Origin: Planctomycetota bacterium
Lineage (GTDB): Bacteria > Planctomycetota > GCA-002687715 > DRQF01
DNA: 64,000 nucleotides
Reading direction: 5' to 3'
Assembly (NCBI GenBank): GCA_027001995.1
Contig: JALTLO010000023.1
Span: 19,156 to 83,155 of the forward strand
The notes beneath the pieces were generated by a model, which saw only the letters and a list, made by a program, of their open reading frames with translations, did not search any database and was not told where the DNA came from. The stretch's first letter is position 1. Each line of letters starts with the position of its first letter. The position numbers were made by a program, and so were the translations under genes. Shown here in pieces: positions 36,901 to 46,408 of the stretch.

Positions 36901-39900
36901 TTGGCGGAACCAAGACGATTTTTGTTCACGGGGGGCGGCACCGGCGGACATGTGGTCCCAAACGTGGCCGTTGTACGTGCCATCAAAGACAAAGAAACGG
37001 AAAGCCAGTTTCTTTACCTGGGAACGAACCGAGGCCCTGAACGAGAAATCGTTGAGAAAGCCAAGGTCACATTCAAAGGAATTGAAGCCCGACCCTTTGC
37101 CTCTCCTCGCAACCCCCGGGTGTTTATTCGTTTCCTTTGGGCTCTTGCCTGGGGGTTCTTGCAATCCATTTTTCATATCATTCGTTTTCGCCCCCATGTT
37201 GTCATTGCCACCGGTGGTTACGTCTCCGTCCCACCTGTGCTAGCCGCTGCGATTCTCCGACGCCCAATTTTCCTACACGAACAAAACGCCCGTCCTGGCA
37301 AAGCCAACATTTTCTTAGCCCGCTTTGCCACCAGTATTGGAGTTAGTTTCGAAGAGACTCTACCTTGGTTTCCGGCGACAAAGACCATTCTCACTGGCTA
37401 CCCTGTACGCCAAAGAATTGCCGCTGGCAATGGGGCCAATGCCCGAGAACGATTGCGCATTGCCAAGGACGCCAAGGTTGCCTTTGTTTTGGGTGGGTCC
37501 ATGGGGGCTCGGTCCATCAATCGGGCCACCGTCGAAGGACTCTCTCGGCTCTTGGATGACGACAACATCACTATCATTCACAGCACTGGCTTGACGGCGA
37601 CCGGCTACTACCACGCATGGAATGACACCAACGACAAACTCAACTCCGTGCCTGTGGCAGAAGACAATCGTAGCCGCTATATCTTGCGCCGCTACTTTGA
37701 TCAGATCGAAGACGCTTATGCCGCCAGCGACTTGGTCGTAGCACGAGCTGGTGCTGGGGTCCTGATGGAATTAGCCACCCTTGGCAAACCCGCCCTTCTC
37801 ATTCCGAAGAGTGATGGCGTCGACAACCATCAACTCGTCAACGCCCTCACCATGAAGAATCATGGTTCGGCGGAAGTCATGTTTGAAGAAATCTACGAGT
37901 CAAAGGAAGGGCCTATCACCCGGGTTCACGGGGACCAGTTAGCGCGCAAAGTTAACGAGTTACTCTACGACCCCGAACGTCTCAGTGCCATGTCGCGCTC
38001 AGCCCAGAACTTTGTCATTCCCAATGCCGGTATTGAGAACGCCAAGCTTGCCATCAACTTGGCCCACAAGAAACGACACTTGGTAAACACGACATCTCAA
38101 GTCTTGGTGGGCGAGTTAACGAATACCGACGGCAAGAAAGAAGAGCTTTTCTTCCCGGTGACCACCCTGGGTCATTCTGCAAGCAGCGACATTCACTTGG
38201 CCAATAAAGGACGCCGAGACCGTGCCCTGATTAGAAGAAGTGGCAACTCACGAAGGAACACCACCTACTCCATTATCCCCCGCAAAGGGCGCATAGCCGT
38301 GGATGACAAAGTGATTGATGAGATCACAACTCTCCAGGCGGGACAAACACTCAAAGTAGGCGACAACGTCTTCACCTTTAACGCCCGCATCGAATCACGA
38401 GAACAGAGCCCCCGCAGTGGCCGCGTCTTAGCAAGCGTCTTGGTGACTGGATTTGGCACTCTCTTATCACGAGTTTTCGGTTTGGGCCGGGAAGTCGTTC
38501 TGGCTTCGACGTTCGGAGCTGGTCGTGTGATGGATATTGTGGTGGCCTGCCTCACAGCCTCCAATTTATTTCGCCGAATCTTCGCTGAAAACGCTGTGGA
38601 TAGCGCCTTCTTGCCCACCTTTGTCATGCTTTACCGAGGGGGCAAAAAAAAGGAAGCGATTCGTCTCTTCCGAACCGTTCTGACAACATCCACTGGCATC
38701 ACTGTGGCTCTCGTTATCCTAGCAGCAGTGACTGTTCCATGGTGGCTACCAGTGATTGTTCCCGGATTCGCCGCCAAAGGGTTCTTGCCAGATGCCATCA
38801 AGCTAACCCGAATTATGCTGCCGTACCTAACGCTCATCACTGTTGCCAGTGTTCTTGGCGCAGTGCTAAAAGCATTTGGTCGATTCGCTGCTCCAGCTTA
38901 TGCCTCAGTCATGTACTCGATTGGCATCATGTGCGGTGCCTTCCTTTATCAAACCATGGGCATTGCTGGCATGGGTATTGGCCTCCTCTTGGGTGGTTTG
39001 GGCCAAGTCTTGATGCACCTGCCACCTTTGCTGTCAAAGAGTTTTCGCCGTCGTACGGGTTTGGAGTTTGCTCCGGCTTTGGCCGTCAATGAACCCGGCA
39101 TGCGCAAGGTGCGTTCAACGGCGCCAAAGATCGTCGCCGATGTCACGATCACCAAGGTGGGCTCCGTCGTTGATTTAGCCATTGTTTCGACCTTGGCGAC
39201 AGGCTCTGTCTCGGCCCTCTATTTTGGTTTGCTTTTGTTCCAGCTGCCTTTTGCTTTGATTTCCCAATCAATCAACACGGTGGCACTCAAAGAATACGCC
39301 GAGAGTTTTGCTTCTCGTGATCAAGACGCTTGCCGTCGTATCGTGACCACCGGCATCAACTGGAATTTGTTTCTCCTCCTGCCCACGACGGCATTCCTCA
39401 TCATTTTGGCCCACCCAACCGTCAACCTCTTACTCAACTACGGTGTCTTCCGTGTGCAAGACACCAAGTCGGTGTCCATGGCTCTTTCTTGCTATGCCAT
39501 TGGTTTGGTGGGCTGGGGCCTGCAAGGTTTGATGGGTCGTTTCTATGCCGCCCGCCTCGAGTTGGGTCAAGCAGTCATCATCAACATGTGTGCTATCGCC
39601 CTCAATATCGTGCTGTCGGTCGGCTTGGTGTTCTTGGGCTTTGGTATTGCTGGAGTTGCCATCGGCACTTCGATCTCCTTCTTGGCCAATGGTGCTTTCC
39701 GGGTTTGGCACATGCGCAAGAATATGCGGGCCAGCGGAGGTGGATTTGAGTTTGCCGACATTCTGCCTTCCGCCCAAAGAGCCACATTGGCCACGTTGGG
39801 CGCAGCGGCCATTTGCTTCTTGACCTTGCAAACCGTCCAAGGTTTCGATGCCCTCCCCACCCTACTCTCAAGGTTCTTGGTGTTTTCCATACCCGCCATT

Positions 39901-40800
39901 GTGGGGACCTTTTCCTATCTCATTTTGGCTTGGGCCATTCGCTCACCAGAGATGGACGACGTCATTGCCAGAATTCGGCGACAGATTCCTCAATCGCCAC
40001 CACCGGAACAGACAGAAGTACCACTCAATGTTTATTGTCTTCGCCCCCAGGAACTACTCGATGTAGCAATCAAAAACCCCAAGAGTGTCAGGGACGCAAA
40101 CCTCACCGGTCGCGTGAGGGGTTTCTTGGGTCGAGAAAACTGGAAACAACGAAACATCGGCGTCAAGTTGGTTGGCTTGCTAAAAATTCGCTCGCTGAAG
40201 TATAGCTTGGTGAATATCGTGCGATCGAGGAAACCAGCTCCCCTCATACACCGCCTTTTGCGGGGCGACTTTGAACACCCCGGCTTCGTGCGCAGAAACG
40301 CCGTACACAGTTTGCGCCAACTGGAGTCATTGGATTCCGATGTAGAACAGGCCTTGGTAGATGGTCTGAGTGATCCCTACTTCGAAGTCAGGACCGCTTC
40401 TTGCCAAGCCATTGCCTCTTACTCGAAAGAACTCAGCCCTGCGGTACGACGCTTATGCCAATGGCGTCTCAAACAGCTGGTGGCTGAGAAGAACTTCGAA
40501 GTCGCTCGAATGGCGGTTAAAGCTCTCGGCTCCGTGAGTTTGACGGCATCCGTTACCGAAACCCTTAAGACACTCCACTACCACGCCAATTGGCAAGTGC
40601 GCCATGCGGTGGTGCGGGCTTACTACGATCTTTACAAGAGGGGCATCGTGGAGGATCGCGAGTTCTTGACACAACAACTCGATGACATTCTCATCACCTG
40701 TGATTCGTTCACCCCAACATTTGAACTGAAAGAGTCAGTGCGCGACGCCCGTTCCCGCTTGATGAATGAAAACGACCGCGACACGGAGGAAACCAAGTGA
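36901..40800 (+). CDS. murG-murJ: multidomain fusion: MurG (UDP-GlcNAc:lipid I GlcNAc transferase), FHA domain, MurJ (lipid II flippase) and C-terminal HEAT/ARM repeats
   Basis: Single uninterrupted 1299-codon frame with a TTG start. Residues 1-390 are a full MurG (TGGGTGGHVVPN, TGGYVSVPPVLAA, HEQNARPG, GGSMGARSIN, ARAGAG). Residues ~400-490 form an FHA-like domain (TLGHSASSDIHL...GRIAVDDKVI...GDNVFTF). Residues ~500-1040 are a full MurJ (LSRVFGLGREVVLASTFGAGRVMD...LFRRIFAENAVDSAFLPTFV plus 14 TM segments). Residues ~1050-1299 are HEAT repeats (DPYFEVRTASCQAIA, NWQVRHAVVRAY). The stop overlaps the mraY start by 4 nt. Confidence 0.8.
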   Translation: MAEPRRFLFTGGGTGGHVVPNVAVVRAIKDKETESQFLYLGTNRGPEREIVEKAKVTFKGIEARPFASPRNPRVFIRFLWALAWGFLQSIFHIIRFRPHVVIATGGYVSVPPVLAAAILRRPIFLHEQNARPGKANIFLARFATSIGVSFEETLPWFPATKTILTGYPVRQRIAAGNGANARERLRIAKDAKVAFVLGGSMGARSINRATVEGLSRLLDDDNITIIHSTGLTATGYYHAWNDTNDKLNSVPVAEDNRSRYILRRYFDQIEDAYAASDLVVARAGAGVLMELATLGKPALLIPKSDGVDNHQLVNALTMKNHGSAEVMFEEIYESKEGPITRVHGDQLARKVNELLYDPERLSAMSRSAQNFVIPNAGIENAKLAINLAHKKRHLVNTTSQVLVGELTNTDGKKEELFFPVTTLGHSASSDIHLANKGRRDRALIRRSGNSRRNTTYSIIPRKGRIAVDDKVIDEITTLQAGQTLKVGDNVFTFNARIESREQSPRSGRVLASVLVTGFGTLLSRVFGLGREVVLASTFGAGRVMDIVVACLTASNLFRRIFAENAVDSAFLPTFVMLYRGGKKKEAIRLFRTVLTTSTGITVALVILAAVTVPWWLPVIVPGFAAKGFLPDAIKLTRIMLPYLTLITVASVLGAVLKAFGRFAAPAYASVMYSIGIMCGAFLYQTMGIAGMGIGLLLGGLGQVLMHLPPLLSKSFRRRTGLEFAPALAVNEPGMRKVRSTAPKIVADVTITKVGSVVDLAIVSTLATGSVSALYFGLLLFQLPFALISQSINTVALKEYAESFASRDQDACRRIVTTGINWNLFLLLPTTAFLIILAHPTVNLLLNYGVFRVQDTKSVSMALSCYAIGLVGWGLQGLMGRFYAARLELGQAVIINMCAIALNIVLSVGLVFLGFGIAGVAIGTSISFLANGAFRVWHMRKNMRASGGGFEFADILPSAQRATLATLGAAAICFLTLQTVQGFDALPTLLSRFLVFSIPAIVGTFSYLILAWAIRSPEMDDVIARIRRQIPQSPPPEQTEVPLNVYCLRPQELLDVAIKNPKSVRDANLTGRVRGFLGRENWKQRNIGVKLVGLLKIRSLKYSLVNIVRSRKPAPLIHRLLRGDFEHPGFVRRNAVHSLRQLESLDSDVEQALVDGLSDPYFEVRTASCQAIASYSKELSPAVRRLCQWRLKQLVAEKNFEVARMAVKALGSVSLTASVTETLKTLHYHANWQVRHAVVRAYYDLYKRGIVEDREFLTQQLDDILITCDSFTPTFELKESVRDARSRLMNENDRDTEETK

Positions 40801-41900
40801 TTCCCTGGATCTACGACCTCTTGGTTTCTCCTATGGGCCTGTGGCACATCGGAGGAATCCCAGTACTCTTGTCTTCTGTTGGAGCTTTCATTCTTTCTTT
40901 CTTGTTTGTCTTCTTAGCTGGGAGAAGCACGGCCGCATTCCTCTACCGTAAAGGCATTCGCGATCGTGTGCGCAACTACGACGCTTTCTTCGCCAAAAGC
41001 AAAACAGGCACCCCCACCATGGGAGGCGTCTTGATTGTCGGAGCCATTGCCGTAAGTGGCTTTATGTTTTGCGACCTCACCAGTGGCACCACGGGTTTAC
41101 TCATGCTAACTGTGCTCTGGTTTGGTGGCATTGGTGCCGTTGATGATCTTCTGAAAGTCCGCCATGGCTCCAGCGACGGTGGGCTCTCTCGAGGCGTTAA
41201 GATCTTCCTGCAAATTGGATTCGCAATCTTCTTTGCTGGGGTCTTGGTGTCGAAAGGTTGTTCGCCGTTTCCACCTGAGATTCGTACCACTCTCTTATTC
41301 CCCTTCCCCAGTGGAGCCATGATCGACTTGGGGCTTTTTTATCCCATTTTTGTCGCCTTCGTTGTTGTTGCAGTAGCCAATGCCATCAACTTTGCTGATG
41401 GGCTTGATGGCTTAGCTGTCTTGCCCAGCGGTTTGACAGCCGCAGTTTTTGCTTTCTTCGCTTATCTTTCTTGGAATGCCACATCGGCCAAAGTGTTTGA
41501 ATTCACCGCTACCGAGAACATCGTAGATGTGGTGGTTTTTGCTTCTGGAATCGTCGGGGCCTGTTTCGGATTTCTTTGGTTCAACGGCTATCCGGCTCAA
41601 ATGTTTATGGGCGATACCGGCTCCCAGGCATTGGGTGGAACTTTGGCGGCTGTAGCCATTCTTTCGAAGCAAGAATTGCTTTTCTTGGTGGCGGGAGGCA
41701 TCTTTGTCTTCGAGGCCTTTTCAGTTTTCCTCCAAGACTACATTGGCATTCGGCTCGTCGGGCGACGATTTTTCTTTCGGGCGCCCGCCCATCATAGCTT
41801 CCAGCACCAAGGTGTAGCGGAAACAAAGGTGGTGCTCCGCTTTTGGATTGTGTCTCTCCTGTGCGCCGTGCTCAGCGTAGCAACCCTTAAATTGCGATAG
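40797..41900 (+). CDS. mraY: phospho-N-acetylmuramoyl-pentapeptide transferase
   Basis: GTG start overlapping the upstream stop. Polytopic protein with NAINFADGLDGLA, the DDxxK-like AVDDLLK, and a C-terminal HH motif (APAHHSFQ). 367 aa. Confidence 0.9.
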   Translation: MIPWIYDLLVSPMGLWHIGGIPVLLSSVGAFILSFLFVFLAGRSTAAFLYRKGIRDRVRNYDAFFAKSKTGTPTMGGVLIVGAIAVSGFMFCDLTSGTTGLLMLTVLWFGGIGAVDDLLKVRHGSSDGGLSRGVKIFLQIGFAIFFAGVLVSKGCSPFPPEIRTTLLFPFPSGAMIDLGLFYPIFVAFVVVAVANAINFADGLDGLAVLPSGLTAAVFAFFAYLSWNATSAKVFEFTATENIVDVVVFASGIVGACFGFLWFNGYPAQMFMGDTGSQALGGTLAAVAILSKQELLFLVAGGIFVFEAFSVFLQDYIGIRLVGRRFFFRAPAHHSFQHQGVAETKVVLRFWIVSLLCAVLSVATLKLR

Positions 41901-41925
41901 TCTTCGGCTTCCCAAGCAGACAATA

Positions 41926-42717
41926 ATGATAGATAGAGATGCCCCAGTTGCACAAACGGCGCTTGGGGGGCAAGATGATGCTATGCGAGTTAGTTTTACC
42001 GGACATGATACCGAACAGATTCAGCTTCTAGCCAAGCATGTAGGCTTGGATGTCGTAGAGGTTGAGGCGGAACCAGAAGTCATCATTACCTATGGCGGCG
42101 ACGGCACGCTTATTGGCACTGAAACCAATTACCCCGGTATCCCCAAGTTGCCCATGCGCGACCGGAAGAGTTGCGCCAAATGTCCAATTCACGAGGACGA
42201 AGCCGTCCTCAGGCGACTCTCAGAAGGTGCCCTGGAGAAGTCAGCTCTCAAGAAACTCTCAGCCACAACTCAGGGCAAAACCATCCTAGGTGTCAATGAT
42301 ATCCTCCTGCGAAATAGCGATTTGCGCAGTGCTGTCAGGTTTCAAGTCTACATCAACGACGAACCCGCCACGGACGAAATGATTGGGGATGGCATGGTGG
42401 TGGCCACCCCATTTGGCAGCTCCGCTTACTTCCGCAGCATCACCCACACCACCTTCCGGGGTGGCATTGGCCTGGCGTTCAGCAATTGCACGGAATTCCT
42501 TAACCACATGGTCCTCTTGCCGGACGATGTGGTCAGTATCAATATTATTCGTGGGCCCGCTCACCTCACGGCAGACAATACACCTAAAGTCTTAGAGGTT
42601 GCCTCGGGGGACACAATCGTTGTCAAGCGGGCGGATGAGGAAGCAGTGATATTGGGGTTAGATGGACTACGATGCCCTCTTTGCCAGTATGTGAGAGCAC
42701 CTCGGCGGCGATTCTAA
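41926..42717 (+). CDS. nadK: NAD(+) kinase
   Basis: GGDGT motif (ITYGGDGTLIG), NDILL, and the substrate-binding GDGMVVATPFGSSAYFRS (compare [22 protein letters not shown]). 263 aa. Confidence 0.7.
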   Translation: MIDRDAPVAQTALGGQDDAMRVSFTGHDTEQIQLLAKHVGLDVVEVEAEPEVIITYGGDGTLIGTETNYPGIPKLPMRDRKSCAKCPIHEDEAVLRRLSEGALEKSALKKLSATTQGKTILGVNDILLRNSDLRSAVRFQVYINDEPATDEMIGDGMVVATPFGSSAYFRSITHTTFRGGIGLAFSNCTEFLNHMVLLPDDVVSINIIRGPAHLTADNTPKVLEVASGDTIVVKRADEEAVILGLDGLRCPLCQYVRAPRRRF

Positions 42718-42789
42718 TAGCCAGTCAGTGTTGAGGCTGCCTAAGCGGCCCACGGTGAAGATAAACTTCACCATGGGCCCTCTGAGGAC

Positions 42790-43182
42790 CTAGCTGGGAA
42801 CCCGGTTAACCCGGTGTTCGCTTTCTGCCAATAATTTTCGTGCCTCTTCATCCACAGGGGCCGTGGTGAGGACCCAACCCTTGATGGGCTTGGCTGGAAT
42901 CTCCTCAAAGAGCGCTTCGAGAACCAATTTGAACTTTTCAGCCTCTTTGACTGAGAATTTCGCCTTGCGTTCGAGAGGCCACAAACACCACGTTGCGGTG
43001 CGTGCCTTGGCAACGATGAGCTCATTATTGCCTTTGGCACCGAAATCCGCCGGCACCATCTCTTTGATTTCTGAGAATCGGGGCAACCGGACAACATCAC
43101 CTTCAATTTCGATAGGTGAGCCTTCTTTGAGTCGGCGGATGAGCTCTCGGCTATCTAAAAAACGCTTCACAAGGATCTCCAA
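42790..43182 (-). CDS. hypothetical protein
   Basis: 130 aa with coding-like composition and no motifs. The alternative frame 42768..43106 is judged spurious. Confidence 0.3.
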   Translation of the reverse strand: MEILVKRFLDSRELIRRLKEGSPIEIEGDVVRLPRFSEIKEMVPADFGAKGNNELIVAKARTATWCLWPLERKAKFSVKEAEKFKLVLEALFEEIPAKPIKGWVLTTAPVDEEARKLLAESEHRVNRVPS

Positions 43183-43232
43183 AAGGGTCTTCTATGGCCC
43201 TAATAAGCACAAATAGCCGTGTTTTGTCAAGC

Positions 43233-44378
43233 TCAGGCCACAGAACCGAGGGCTTGTTCAAGATCAGCGATAAGATCTTCGATATTCTCGACACCAACTG
43301 AGAGGCGAACAAAATTGTCAGTGATTCCTAAGGCTGCTCGAACGTCCTCAGGGACGGAAGCATGGGTCATAATTGCCGGGTGTTCCAGGAGGGATTCCAC
43401 TCCTCCCAGGCTCTCTGCCAAGAAGAAGAGCTTGGTGGAAGCGCAGAATTTTTTGGCTGCGGCTAAGTCACCGGCCAAACGAACAGACACCATGCCGCCA
43501 AAGCCATGACCTTGCTTTTTTTGGATTTCATGGCCGTCGTGGTTGGCCAAACCAGGATAGATAACTTCCTCAACGGCTTTGTGATTGCTGAGATATTCAG
43601 CAACCGCCATGGCATTCTCATTGTGGCGCTGCATGCGCAAACCAAGAGTTTTGAGGCCACGAAGGGTGAGCCAGGCGTCAAAGGGGCCCATCACTGCACC
43701 CATGGCGTTTTGGGCAAACTTCAGTTTCTCGCTGACTTCAGGGTGGCTGGTGCAGACAACCCCTCCCACCACATCGGAATGCCCCCCGAGATACTTTGTA
43801 CTGCTGTGCATCACCAAGTCCGCCCCCAAATCCAGAGGACGCTGGTTGTAAGGACTCATAAAAGTATTGTCCACACCCAGCAAGACACCCTTGTCTTGGC
43901 AAATTGCAGATATGGCCTGGATATCGCTGATCTTGAGCATCGGGTTGGTCGGTGTTTCCAACCAAACCAACTTTGTTTCCCCATTGACCGCATTGGCCAC
44001 CGCATCCAAGTCCGTGGTGTCGACATAGCTGTAATTCAGGCCGAAATCCCGAAAAACCTGTTCGAAGACACGGAAGGTGCCCCCATAGAGATCATCCCCG
44101 GCTACAATATGGTCCCCCACCTTAAACATCGTCATGATGGTGGAGATTGCCGCCATTCCTGAACCAAAAGCATAGGCATCGTTGGCATTCTCAAGAGATG
44201 CAATGCAGGCCTGATAGGCATCTCGAGTGGGATTGCTGGTGCGGGTGTACTCATGACCCTTGTGCTTGCCAACCTCTGGTTGAGCATAGGTGCTCGTTTG
44301 GAAAATCGGCACAACCACGGCACCTGTCGTCTCTTCTGGCTCTTGGCCAACATGGATGGATTTTGTATTGAAGTGCAT
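43233..44378 (-). CDS. PLP-dependent trans-sulfuration enzyme of the cystathionine gamma-synthase/beta-lyase / methionine gamma-lyase family
   Basis: N-terminal TKSIHVGQEPEETTGAVVVPIFQTSTY, the PLP-lysine motif HSSTKYLGGHSDVVGG, and a C-terminal FVRLSVGVE. 381 aa. Confidence 0.8.
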   Translation of the reverse strand: MHFNTKSIHVGQEPEETTGAVVVPIFQTSTYAQPEVGKHKGHEYTRTSNPTRDAYQACIASLENANDAYAFGSGMAAISTIMTMFKVGDHIVAGDDLYGGTFRVFEQVFRDFGLNYSYVDTTDLDAVANAVNGETKLVWLETPTNPMLKISDIQAISAICQDKGVLLGVDNTFMSPYNQRPLDLGADLVMHSSTKYLGGHSDVVGGVVCTSHPEVSEKLKFAQNAMGAVMGPFDAWLTLRGLKTLGLRMQRHNENAMAVAEYLSNHKAVEEVIYPGLANHDGHEIQKKQGHGFGGMVSVRLAGDLAAAKKFCASTKLFFLAESLGGVESLLEHPAIMTHASVPEDVRAALGITDNFVRLSVGVENIEDLIADLEQALGSVA

Positions 44379-44586
44379 AAAGGGTCCTTTCAGGTTGGAC
44401 CATTCTATGGTCCAGCTCTGAGCCTCCCAAGATGGGATTTAGCTGCCCTTTCCCCTCATCATTCACGATGGCCCAGCAGTCCCTGTCTGGAAAATGGGTT
44501 TGTCGCCCAGGATCAGAATACGGGATGGGTTGCGTGGAGAGGACGAGAGCTTTATCTTGGATCTACACAAAGGGGACTAATGAGAT

Positions 44587-45687
44587 ATGACCGAAGAACG
44601 ATTCCAATATGATGACTGTGGTGTGGACACCAATCGAGCCCAGGACGCCCTTGGCTTGCTCTCTGGGTCCATCAATCAGACTCTCAAACTTCGAGATGGA
44701 ATGAGTTTCGGCAAGCCCGCCATTGGGTTGGGTTACTATGCCAACGTTTGCCAACTCCCCGGAGGGCAGGGTTTGGCAATCTCAACGGACGGTGTGGGCA
44801 CAAAAATCATCGTGGCTGAGTTGGCTGGACGCTACGACACAGTCCCCATCGATATGATCGCAATGAATGTCAACGATCTTCTCTGTGTCGGGGCGGAACC
44901 TTTTGCCCTGGTTGATTACCTCGCTGTTGGAGAAATTGATCCAGCAGTCTTCAATGAAATTGGCATGGGGCTTTTGGAAGGCGCAAAACTCAGCAACGTG
45001 ACAATTCCAGGAGGGGAAATTGCTCAAGTAAAAGAACTCATTCGCGGCCATGGCGATAGTTCCGGGTTGGACATCGTTGGCACCGCTGTGGGCTTGGTGG
45101 ATTGGGACAAGATCAACCTAGGGCAAGACGTAGAAGCTGACGATGTGGTCGTTGCCTTGGGAGCAAGCGGCCTTCACTCAAACGGATTCTCTTTGGCACG
45201 AAGCGTGTTAGTGGACCGGGCTGGCCTTAAACTTGACGAGGTGGTGCCGGAATTGGGATGCACCTTGGCAGATGAGCTACTAAAACCGACTCATATCTAC
45301 GTGAAACCAATCCTTGCCATGAGGGATGCTGGCCTACCACTCCATGCACTACTTCACATCACCGGCGATGGTTTTTGCAATATGAATAGGATCCGCGCTG
45401 ATGTTGGTTTTGACTTAGACAACCTTCCAGAGCCAGGTCCCATCTACAAGTTGATCCAAGCCAAGGGCCAAATAAGCGAGGCGGAAATGTACTCGGTCTT
45501 TAACATGGGTGTTGGTTTCTGTGTTGTAACCCCAAAGGCTGCTGCCGATGAGATCATGGCTGTGGCGGCCTCTCATGGTTTCACTGCCCAAGTTATTGGT
45601 CGGGCCACTGCTGAGCACCCCAACATCGTGAGGCTCTGTGAGCAAGGCCTTGTCGGTGGCAAGGATAGGCTTTCGCCGGAAGCTTAG
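44587..45687 (+). CDS. purM: phosphoribosylformylglycinamidine cyclo-ligase (AIR synthetase) or close AIR-synthase-related paralog
   Basis: N-terminal YDDCGVDTNRAQDAL and ISTDGVGTKIIVAE (compare PurM TDGVGTKL). PurM/HypE/SelD fold. 366 aa. Confidence 0.65.
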   Translation: MTEERFQYDDCGVDTNRAQDALGLLSGSINQTLKLRDGMSFGKPAIGLGYYANVCQLPGGQGLAISTDGVGTKIIVAELAGRYDTVPIDMIAMNVNDLLCVGAEPFALVDYLAVGEIDPAVFNEIGMGLLEGAKLSNVTIPGGEIAQVKELIRGHGDSSGLDIVGTAVGLVDWDKINLGQDVEADDVVVALGASGLHSNGFSLARSVLVDRAGLKLDEVVPELGCTLADELLKPTHIYVKPILAMRDAGLPLHALLHITGDGFCNMNRIRADVGFDLDNLPEPGPIYKLIQAKGQISEAEMYSVFNMGVGFCVVTPKAAADEIMAVAASHGFTAQVIGRATAEHPNIVRLCEQGLVGGKDRLSPEA

Positions 45688-45702
45688 GAGGCTCGGGGCG
45701 AA

Positions 45703-46389
45703 ATGACCTCACCTGTGCCAAACTCCAAAAAATTGCTCCCGTGGTGCTCTCAGGCCCTGGGGCTATGTTTCATGTTGGTTTTAGGGGCATGCACAGGAAT
45801 TCCATCTGGCCCAATCGACCTCAACAATAGCTCCTATGAAAGCCCAAGATTCAAAGTCGATCATCCTGCCTGGGGCTCCCTTGCGGTTCGTTTTGTGCGG
45901 GATTCTCGTCCAGGTTGGGAGCTTGGGTTTCACAACTACCTCAAGGAGAGTTACTATTCTGACGAACTCTTTGACCTGCCCGTTCCCGTGGTTCTCAAGC
46001 GCATTATCTTGCGAGAAGCTCAAGCTGTTGGCTCCTTCACCCCAAGCCAAGAGAAACTCGAGAGCAAGTATTTGGCAGAACTCACCCTTCGACACTTCTA
46101 CATTCGCACCGATCGAAACCTCTTAGACCTCATCCCCATTCTGCCAACGACAAAAGTCAGCGCCGTCGTGGACTTCGACATCAAACTCATCGACCAAGAT
46201 GGACGGCTCTTTCTGCAGAAGAATTATAGCTCAACAGATCCGTTGCGAGCCAAGAAGCTTGGGGAACTCTCCGGCCCTGGGGTAGATCAATTGTTAACAA
46301 TCATGACCGCCTTGATCGCCGAGCTGGTGCAAGACATGGACCAAGCGGTTCCCAAGTTTTGGGCCGAGCTTGGCCTCCCAGTCCAATAA
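45703..46389 (+). CDS. hypothetical lipoprotein
   Basis: Signal peptide with lipobox LGACTG. 228 aa. Confidence 0.4.
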   Translation: MTSPVPNSKKLLPWCSQALGLCFMLVLGACTGIPSGPIDLNNSSYESPRFKVDHPAWGSLAVRFVRDSRPGWELGFHNYLKESYYSDELFDLPVPVVLKRIILREAQAVGSFTPSQEKLESKYLAELTLRHFYIRTDRNLLDLIPILPTTKVSAVVDFDIKLIDQDGRLFLQKNYSSTDPLRAKKLGELSGPGVDQLLTIMTALIAELVQDMDQAVPKFWAELGLPVQ

Positions 46390-46408
46390 TTTCGCTAAGC
46401 GTAATCGA

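Noticed and set aside
36533-37243. 236-aa ORF overlapping the intergenic region and the 5' end of the murG-fusion gene
   Set aside because: An Arg/Pro/Gly-rich, low-complexity frame that would overlap the strongly supported MurG N-terminus. Spurious.
36901-40800. Possibility that the 1299-aa ORF is an artefactual fusion of separate murG and murJ genes by a sequencing frameshift
   Set aside because: Kept as a finding rather than rejected. The linker encodes a coherent FHA domain in the same frame and there is no in-frame stop or out-of-frame continuation of MurG, so a genuine fusion is more likely. It still needs read-level confirmation.
42768-43106. 112-aa alternative minus-strand ORF overlapping the 130-aa hypothetical gene
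   Set aside because: It is out of frame with, and largely contained in, the better-looking 42790..43182 frame. Only one of the two can be real and neither has motifs.
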